Assembly (NCBI GenBank): GCA_964602575.1
Contig: CAZRSI010000003.1
Location: 1-34,370 of the forward strand
DNA: 34,370 nucleotides
Reading direction: 5' to 3'
From: an uncultured Anaerolineae bacterium
GTDB lineage: Bacteria; Chloroflexota; Anaerolineae; VGOG01
Numbering within the stretch: the first letter of the stretch is position 1; every line of letters starts with the position of its first letter. This document shows positions 15,479 to 22,056 of the stretch, in pieces. The notes beneath the pieces are model-generated. The model was given only the letters and a program-made list of their open reading frames with translations. It was not told where the DNA came from and did no database searches. A program made the translations under genes and the position numbers.

Positions 15479-16321
15479 GTGGCAACGACCATCATTATGT
15501 ATGCAACACTTGCCTTGAGCTGGGACATGATGTTTAGATCCGGACAGCCCGGCTTGAGTGTCGCAGGTTTCTTTGGCCTTGGGGGCTATGCCGCAGCTTT
15601 GTCCTTTCTTTATTGGGGGGTAAATCCGCTGGTATCTATTGCTCTTGGATGTCTGTTTTCCCTTCTAGTGGCGTTCATTTTAGGCTTGGTGATTCTGAGA
15701 ATCAGAGGATTGTATTTCTCAATTGCAACGATGTCATTGTCCGAGATATTCAGGGTGATCGTGATGAATTGGCACCGCTTCACAGGTGGACCTTCGGGGA
15801 AAGCACTTCCCTCGGCGGTCTTTAATGGAGATTCTGCCAAGATATTCTGGTTGTTTTTGGTGCTCACACTCCTTACGGTCATCGTTTCAGAAATCTTTGA
15901 AAGAAGCAGGATTCACTTTGCCCTCACGTCCATTCGGAACAATGAGATTGTTGCCAAATCAAGCGGAATAGACGTTTTCAAGTATCTGGTCGTTGTATTT
16001 GCGCTGACCTCAGCTCTTCAAGGAATGATCGGCGGTGCTTACGCTCACAGCTATGCGTTTATCTCGCCAGAGGGTAGTTTTAATTTCAATTTTGTTCTTT
16101 TGCCCGTGACCATGGCTCTCTTTGGAGGAATACACAGCACGCTAGGTCCGATAGTGGGAGCGGTGATACTAGGAGTGGTTGGAGAATATCTGAAATTGCA
16201 ATTGCCCTATGGGCACTTACTGGTCTACGGTGTAATCATAGTGATTGTTATTCTGTTCTTACCTAAGGGAATTGTCGGAACAGCCAAGGAACGATTGAAA
16301 CACAAATGGGCTACCATATAG
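15479..16321 (+). CDS. livM: Branched-chain amino acid-type ABC transporter permease (LivM family); the true start is probably upstream
   Basis: 280 aa from GTG 15479, with MYATLALSWDMMFRSGQPGLSVAGFFGLGGY typical of LivM. The in-frame upstream stretch 15392-15478 encodes a credible first transmembrane helix but has no canonical start codon (see findings). Confidence 0.85.
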   Translation: MATTIIMYATLALSWDMMFRSGQPGLSVAGFFGLGGYAAALSFLYWGVNPLVSIALGCLFSLLVAFILGLVILRIRGLYFSIATMSLSEIFRVIVMNWHRFTGGPSGKALPSAVFNGDSAKIFWLFLVLTLLTVIVSEIFERSRIHFALTSIRNNEIVAKSSGIDVFKYLVVVFALTSALQGMIGGAYAHSYAFISPEGSFNFNFVLLPVTMALFGGIHSTLGPIVGAVILGVVGEYLKLQLPYGHLLVYGVIIVIVILFLPKGIVGTAKERLKHKWATI

Positions 16322-16344
16322 GCTCTGCTCTCGGAGTGTGAGTG

Positions 16345-17061
16345 ATGCAAATTTTGGAGATTGAAAATCTGAGCAAATGTTTTGGGGGCTTGACGGCGCT
16401 TAACCAGGTGAATGCCAGATTTGAGGAAAGAGAGATCGTGGGGATCATTGGCCCCAACGGAGCCGGGAAGACAACTTTCATAAATGTCATTTCAGGGGTA
16501 TACCCTCCCAACAGTGGCAGGATCATTTTTGATGGGAGGGACATAACGAAATTACCTGCTCATACCAGATGCAGGCTCGGGATCGGGAGGACTTTTCAAG
16601 TCATTCACCCATTGCAAGATCTCAACTTGCTGCAAAACATCATGGTGGGTTCTCTTTTTGGGCAAGGAAATGGACTGAGAGAAGCTCGGGTAAAGGCACA
16701 AGAAATATGTGAATTTCTGGGACTTGACCAACTCGAAAGAGATACATCGCAACTAGACATCTTGGAAATTAAAAAGATGGAGATGGCCCGTGCTTTGGCA
16801 ACTCACCCCAAGATATTATTCCTAGATGAGATTATGGCGGGTCTGAGCGCAGACGAAACCAAAGAGGTGATTGAAACAATCCGAACCATCCGTGACCAAG
16901 GCATAACCATCTGCGTTGTAGAGCATGTGATGAGTGTAATTGAGGAATTGACTGAGAGGGTCATAGCCCTGGATGGTGGAAGAATCATAGCCCAGGGACA
17001 ATATAAAGAGGTAGCTAACAATCCTAGAGTAATCAGTGCTTACCTGGGAGAAGAAGAGTAA
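16345..17061 (+). CDS. livG: ABC transporter ATP-binding protein (LivG family) with a degenerate signature motif
   Basis: Walker A GPNGAGKTT, Walker B ILFLDE and H-loop VEHV are present. LDILE (16753-16767) stands where LSxGQ is expected. The start ATG 16345 is one codon after GTG 16342. Confidence 0.9.
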   Translation: MQILEIENLSKCFGGLTALNQVNARFEEREIVGIIGPNGAGKTTFINVISGVYPPNSGRIIFDGRDITKLPAHTRCRLGIGRTFQVIHPLQDLNLLQNIMVGSLFGQGNGLREARVKAQEICEFLGLDQLERDTSQLDILEIKKMEMARALATHPKILFLDEIMAGLSADETKEVIETIRTIRDQGITICVVEHVMSVIEELTERVIALDGGRIIAQGQYKEVANNPRVISAYLGEEE

Positions 17062-17763
17062 ATGCTGATCGTAAACAAGATCAACTGTTACTATGGCAAG
17101 TTGCATGTCATCCGAGATGCATCGCTGGAGGTAGGAAACGAGGCAGTGGGCTTATTTGGGCCTAATGGAGCAGGCAAGACCACCTTAATACATACTATCA
17201 TTGGCTTGTTAAAACCTGCGACTGGCAAGATTACTTTTGAGGGCAAATCCTTGCTTCACATGGAAACACATGAAATCATTCGAGAAGGGATTGCAATAGT
17301 TCCACAAGAGAGAGAACTATTTCCATTCATGTCTGTGCGAGGCAACTTGGAAGCAGGCGCCGCTTATATCCCAAGTGCCAAAAATAGAATGGGCGAGAGA
17401 TTGGATTACGTTTTTGATCTTTATCCCTTACTAAAAGAACGATCAAAGCAGCTTGCCGGGACATTAAGCGGAGGAGAACAACGGATGTTGGCGATTGCCC
17501 GCGCTCTTATGGCCTGCCCCAAGCTCCTCATTTTGGATGAACCGTCTTTGGGCTTGCAGCCTTCTTTGGTTTCGGAACTCTTTTGCAAGCTAAAGGAAAT
17601 CAAAAAAGAGGTCTCTATCCTGATAGCAGAACAGAATGTACGCCAAACTTTGAGAGTCATCGATAGAGGATATGTAATCGAGAATGGCAGGATTGTATGG
17701 AGTGATGATGCCGAAGGCCTGGCACGGAGCGAGAAAGTAAAAAAGTCGTATTTGGGTTTGTGA
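17062..17763 (+). CDS. livF: ABC transporter ATP-binding protein (LivF family)
   Basis: Walker A GPNGAGKTT, canonical signature LSGGEQ and Walker B LLILDE are present. It starts directly after the livG stop. Confidence 0.9.
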   Translation: MLIVNKINCYYGKLHVIRDASLEVGNEAVGLFGPNGAGKTTLIHTIIGLLKPATGKITFEGKSLLHMETHEIIREGIAIVPQERELFPFMSVRGNLEAGAAYIPSAKNRMGERLDYVFDLYPLLKERSKQLAGTLSGGEQRMLAIARALMACPKLLILDEPSLGLQPSLVSELFCKLKEIKKEVSILIAEQNVRQTLRVIDRGYVIENGRIVWSDDAEGLARSEKVKKSYLGL

Positions 17764-17771
17764 TCAAAGCG

Positions 17772-19091
17772 ATGAGCGACCTTGAAAATCTGAGAATCAA
17801 ACTCACCCCAGAGGAATGGGATATTCTACAGGGCAAGCAGGGGCCAACCATGCAGAGGGTCATGGAAACCGTGGTGCTCTATGGCGAAGCCTTGGGCGCG
17901 GAAAGGCTAGTGGACATCGAGGGGGCTGGACACTTCGTCATAGCCTGGGCCACCCCCGGAATCGCACCGTCCCTGGAGATGCTCGACGAATTGGTGGCGG
18001 CCGGCCTCAAGGCCAAACATTCTTTTACCTTGGACCCAAAAGCCCCCTTGGATTTTGAGAACCTGTGCTTGCGTCCGGAGCAGGAACGGCTCTTGGAACA
18101 GATGTATCGGGATCAGGCTCGCTACGATGAGAGAATGTTGCAACTGGGGCTCCGCGATGCAGATGCCTACACCTGCAATCCCTACTTGCCGGAAGTAGGC
18201 AACATACCCCAAAGAGGCACTATCCTGGCTTGGTCAGAGTCCGCCTGTGCGATTTTCGCCAATTCGGTGCTGGGCGCGAGAACCAATCGCAATGGGGCCA
18301 TCATGGACCTCCTCTCCAACATCGTGGGCAAGACACCCTTGGTGGGCCTCCTGACCGAGGAGGGGCGGCGGGCTACCTGGCTGGTGGAGGTGCGAACTAC
18401 GAAACTGCCACACCCGCAGTTGCTGGGAGCCGCCATCGGCAAGAAGGTGCTGGAGGGCGTGCCATTCATCGTAGGGCTGGATCGCTTTCTGGGTACTGAA
18501 CTGAGCGAGGAAACCCGCGATTACCTCCAGGACATGGGTGCAGCCTGCGCTACCTACGGGGCCGTCGGACTCTACCACGTGGAGAACATAACTCCTGAAG
18601 CGGTTGAGCAGGGCACCGACCTGCTGATTCCGGATCATGCGACCTACGTGATAGATGACCAGGAACTCCAGGGCCTGTTGGCCTCTTATCCGGTGCTGTG
18701 GCCTAGCGGGAAGACGAAACCTGAGAAGTGCTACATCGGGTGCCCTCATCTGAGCCTGCGACAGTTGTACTGGTGGACCGACAGGATCCACAATGCGCTG
18801 GAGGCCAGGGGCCAGAGCCAACTCGCCGTTGAGACTGTTCTGTTTGCCGCTCCCCAGGTATTGCAGAAGTTTAAAGCCGACACGGAGACCCACAAGCGAC
18901 TGCAGTGTGCCGGCGTCAAGCTCAGCCCAGCCTGCGCTGAGACCCTGTTCGAGGGTGGCGTGAGTGCGGAGGATGCGGTGGTCACCAACTCCAACAAGCT
19001 GCGGGCCTACACTACAGCCAGGTTCTTCCCCGATGAGGAACTGGTGGATATCCTGGTCAGTGGAGAGATAACAGACCCTAAGGGTTTCTGA
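17772..19091 (+). CDS. Aconitase X large (catalytic) subunit, DUF521 family
   Basis: The N-terminus LTPEEWDILQGKQGPTMQRVMETVVLYGEALGAERLVDIEGAGHF matches the DUF521/AcnX catalytic-domain pattern as I recall it. The ORF opens at GTG 17760, overlapping the livF stop, and ATG 17772 is the preferred start. About 440 aa is the expected size. Confidence 0.8.
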   Translation: MSDLENLRIKLTPEEWDILQGKQGPTMQRVMETVVLYGEALGAERLVDIEGAGHFVIAWATPGIAPSLEMLDELVAAGLKAKHSFTLDPKAPLDFENLCLRPEQERLLEQMYRDQARYDERMLQLGLRDADAYTCNPYLPEVGNIPQRGTILAWSESACAIFANSVLGARTNRNGAIMDLLSNIVGKTPLVGLLTEEGRRATWLVEVRTTKLPHPQLLGAAIGKKVLEGVPFIVGLDRFLGTELSEETRDYLQDMGAACATYGAVGLYHVENITPEAVEQGTDLLIPDHATYVIDDQELQGLLASYPVLWPSGKTKPEKCYIGCPHLSLRQLYWWTDRIHNALEARGQSQLAVETVLFAAPQVLQKFKADTETHKRLQCAGVKLSPACAETLFEGGVSAEDAVVTNSNKLRAYTTARFFPDEELVDILVSGEITDPKGF

Positions 19092-19103
19092 AACCCTTAG
19101 GGT
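19075..19103. repeat. 29-nt perfect palindrome straddling the AcnX-L stop codon (copy 1)
   Basis: ACCCTAAGGGTTTC-t-GAAACCCTTAGGGT has 14-bp arms. The TGA stop (19089-19091) sits at the centre. A related copy lies at 22999-23031. Confidence 0.8.
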
Positions 19104-19123
19104 TTCCGAGGAGGAGGAATGAT

Positions 19124-20419
19124 ATGAGCAAATCATCGGAGTTGATCGAACGCGACCACACCACCGTAGCCGCTACCATCTACAGATACACCAATATCGC
19201 CTTCCAGCGGGGCGAAGGGGTGTACCTCTACGATTGCGAGGGCCGCAGGTATCTGGACTTTGTGGCGGGCATCGCCACCATGAACGTGGGACACTGTCAC
19301 CCGGCCGTGGTGGAGGCCATCTGCGACCAGGCCCGTACCCTCATCCACGGCGCCTGCCACGTGGGTTACATGGAGCCTTACGTGGACCTGCTGGAGGCAC
19401 TCAAGGCCGTGGCCCCCGGCGACCTCAAGAACGGCAAAGGCATCCTGATGAACAGCGGGTCAGAGGCGGTGGAGACGGGCATCAAACTGGCCCGCTATGT
19501 CACCAACCGCCCCATGATCCTGGCCTTTACCGATAGCTTCCACGGGCGGGCTATGGGAGCCTTGGCCCTCACCGCCAGCAACACACTCTACCGCCGACGC
19601 CTGGCCGGCCTTCTGACGGGTGTCTATCACACTCCCTACCCCTACTGTTACCGCTGCCCCCTGAAGCACGAATCGCCAGAGACGTGCGGGCTGGCCTGCC
19701 TCAACCTGGTGGAAAAGGCGCTCCAGACAGTGGTCCCGCCCGAAGACCTGGCGGGCATTGTAGTCGAGCCTATCGCCGGCGAGGGGGGCTACATCGTCCC
19801 GCCCGACGGCTTCCTCCAGGGCCTGCGGGAGATCTGCGACCGTCACGGGGCGCTGCTCATTGCCGATGAGGTGCAAACGGGCTTGGGCCGTACTGGGAAG
19901 ATGTTCGCCGTGGAGCATTGGGGTGTGGTGCCCGATGTCTTATGCCTGGCCAAAGCACTGGGAGGCGGTTTGCCCCTGGGGGCGATGCTGGCCAGAGCGG
20001 ACTTGATAGACGCTTGGCCCCCGGCGGCCCAGGGCACCACCTTTGGCGGCAACCCCATTGCCTGTCGGGCTGGCCTGGCCAGCTTGCGGATCATTCAAGA
20101 GGAGAATCTGATGGCCCACGCCGTGGAGGTGGGCAATTACATTCAGAATCGCTTTCGCGAAGCTCAGAGGGAACTGCCCATCATCGGAAACGTGCGAGGC
20201 AAGGGGCTGATGGTGGCGGTGGAATTGATCAACGCCGACGGCAGCCCGGCCAGCGAGATCATCAAGGCAGTGATCAAAGAGATCGGGGCCCAAGGCGTGG
20301 TCATGACCAAATGCGGCGCCAGCTCTCTGCGCATCGCCCCGCCACTCATCATCACCCAGGAACAGGCAGAAGAGGGGGTGGATATCATCATCGAAACATT
20401 GCGCCGTCATCAGTGGTAG
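19124..20419 (+). CDS. Class-III PLP-dependent aminotransferase (omega-amino acid, GABA or acetylornithine type)
   Basis: 431 aa with the RBS GAGGAGGAGG upstream. It has DEVQTGLGRTGKMFA and the LAKALGGGLPLGA Schiff-base lysine region. Confidence 0.9.
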   Translation: MSKSSELIERDHTTVAATIYRYTNIAFQRGEGVYLYDCEGRRYLDFVAGIATMNVGHCHPAVVEAICDQARTLIHGACHVGYMEPYVDLLEALKAVAPGDLKNGKGILMNSGSEAVETGIKLARYVTNRPMILAFTDSFHGRAMGALALTASNTLYRRRLAGLLTGVYHTPYPYCYRCPLKHESPETCGLACLNLVEKALQTVVPPEDLAGIVVEPIAGEGGYIVPPDGFLQGLREICDRHGALLIADEVQTGLGRTGKMFAVEHWGVVPDVLCLAKALGGGLPLGAMLARADLIDAWPPAAQGTTFGGNPIACRAGLASLRIIQEENLMAHAVEVGNYIQNRFREAQRELPIIGNVRGKGLMVAVELINADGSPASEIIKAVIKEIGAQGVVMTKCGASSLRIAPPLIITQEQAEEGVDIIIETLRRHQW

Positions 20420-20450
20420 CGGCATTGTTGCGCCACAGCTCACCTGCTCT

Positions 20451-20494
20451 CGCTGGACCCTAGTCCAGCGGCCTCAGCGGACTAGGATCTGCTG
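20451..20494. repeat. Twin-hairpin element, copy 2 (diverged)
   Basis: The first hairpin is CGCTGGAC-ccta-GTCCAGCG (20451-20470). The second is CAGCGGA-ctagg-TCTGCTG (20475-20494, one G-U). Flanking GCTCTC (20445-20450) pairs with GAGAGC (20494-20499). The core GGACCyTAGTCC / GGACTAGG is as in copies 1 and 3. Confidence 0.65.
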
Positions 20495-20547
20495 AGAGCA
20501 TAAGATGAGCATACCAAAACCCACCAAATAAAAAGGAGGTTCTCGAA

Positions 20548-22056
20548 ATGATAAAACTTACAGAAAGAGCAGCCAGTATACAACCTATTAAGTCGAAACT
20601 AAAGATCAGCGTGCTCGACGATGAGGACATACAGAAGATAAACCAGGCCGCCCTGACTATCTTGGAAGAAGTCGGGGTAGTGATGCCGTCGGAGAAGGCG
20701 CTGAGGATCTTCGCCGATGCCGGGGCCAATGTGGATTTCGACAAGAAGCTGGTCAAGATTCCAAGTCACCTGGTAGTTGATTCCTTGAAGAAAGCCCCCA
20801 GGCGTTACACTCTATGTGGAAGGAGGCCTGAGCTCGATGCCCATATAGGAAGCAATGAGGGCACCTACTTCTATTGCAGTGGCGAAGCGCCCAAGATCGT
20901 GGACCTGGAAACCGGTGAGAGGCGACACTCGATCAAGAGCGACGTGGGAAACATGGCGAAGGTAGCCGACTACCTTCCCATCGTATCACTGGTTTGGCCA
21001 ACGGTCAGCGCAAACGATAAAGGAGTGACTGCGCCGATTCACGGGGTGGAGGCCTGCTTCAACAATACGGAAAAGCATGTCCAGACGGAATCCGTCATGG
21101 ACAAGATCTCAGCTAAGTATACTATTGAGATGGCCTCCGTAATCGCTGGAGGCCGGGACAAGCTGAGGGAGAGGCCGATCTTCTCGCTCCTGTTATGCGC
21201 TATCGCACCCCTTGCTCAGGATAGAGGAGGGATAGAAGCGGCTTTAACCTTCGCCGAAGCCGGTCTGCCGGTAGGGGTAATGTCCATGCCCACCATGGGC
21301 CTGACAGCCCCGCCATATCAGGCTGCTGCCCTGGCTGTGGGGTTGGCGGAAACGTTGAGCGGTTGTACCTTGATCCAGATTGCCTACCCAGGGACTCCCA
21401 ACTACATATCCATCATCCCGGCAATTATAGATCCACGAACGGGAAGCTACTTCATGGGGTCAGCCTTTGCCCAGATCGCCAGTGCTGCCGCCGTTCAGCT
21501 TGCCCATTCCAACGGACTACCTATTACGGCCTGCAAATCCTTCGGTGGAAGCCAGTATAAATTGAATAATTGGCAAGTAGGAATAGAGAATCTTTATGGC
21601 CATATCCTGGCAGTCATGGCCGGGGCGGACATGTCCTTCGGGCCCAGCGGCATGATAGAGGCCGTGAGTTTGCTGGATATGAGAAGGATCCTATTTGACC
21701 GCGAGATCCTTCAGGTCATAGACATCGTCACCGATGGAATCGAGGTAAACAGCGAGACTCTGGCTTTTGACATGGTGCGCGAGGTAGGTCCTCGAGGTAT
21801 GTTCTTAGCTCAACGGCGCACGGCAAAAGAGCTTCGCAAACTCTGGCCCTCCTCTATCCTGCTTGAACCATCCCAGGTTCCAGAGGAAAGATACAGGGAT
21901 CCAGTGGAGGTTGCCCACGAGGTTATTGACTGGATCCTGAAGAATCATAAGCCAGAACCATTGCCCGAAGACGTGAGGGAGGAACTCAGGAGGATAGTGG
22001 CTGCTGCTGATCGGGATAAGGAGCTGAAGCGAGAAGTTGAAGGAGCCCACAGGTGA
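20548..22056 (+). CDS. MttB-superfamily methyltransferase, non-pyrrolysine type (quaternary amine:corrinoid methyltransferase candidate)
   Basis: 502 aa with the RBS AAAAGGAGG upstream. The N-terminus LDDEDIQKINQAALTILEEVGVVMPSEKALRIFADAGANVD and the overall length are typical of the trimethylamine methyltransferase (MttB) family. The reading frame is uninterrupted, with no in-frame TAG. Confidence 0.8.
   Translation: MIKLTERAASIQPIKSKLKISVLDDEDIQKINQAALTILEEVGVVMPSEKALRIFADAGANVDFDKKLVKIPSHLVVDSLKKAPRRYTLCGRRPELDAHIGSNEGTYFYCSGEAPKIVDLETGERRHSIKSDVGNMAKVADYLPIVSLVWPTVSANDKGVTAPIHGVEACFNNTEKHVQTESVMDKISAKYTIEMASVIAGGRDKLRERPIFSLLLCAIAPLAQDRGGIEAALTFAEAGLPVGVMSMPTMGLTAPPYQAAALAVGLAETLSGCTLIQIAYPGTPNYISIIPAIIDPRTGSYFMGSAFAQIASAAAVQLAHSNGLPITACKSFGGSQYKLNNWQVGIENLYGHILAVMAGADMSFGPSGMIEAVSLLDMRRILFDREILQVIDIVTDGIEVNSETLAFDMVREVGPRGMFLAQRRTAKELRKLWPSSILLEPSQVPEERYRDPVEVAHEVIDWILKNHKPEPLPEDVREELRRIVAAADRDKELKREVEGAHR

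Noticed and set aside
20420-20547. I looked for a cobalamin riboswitch upstream of the MttB gene, and also upstream of the corrinoid-protein operon (32621-32670, 33697-33893).
   Set aside because: I could not find a B12-box-like consensus (GCCACTG-type core) or the expected multi-stem arrangement. The structures present belong to the twin-hairpin repeat family.
20548-22056. The MttB-family gene might contain an in-frame amber (pyrrolysine) codon or be split into two ORFs.
   Set aside because: The 502-aa frame is continuous from an RBS-preceded ATG to TGA with no internal TAG, and no pyl genes are visible. It is therefore a non-Pyl family member.
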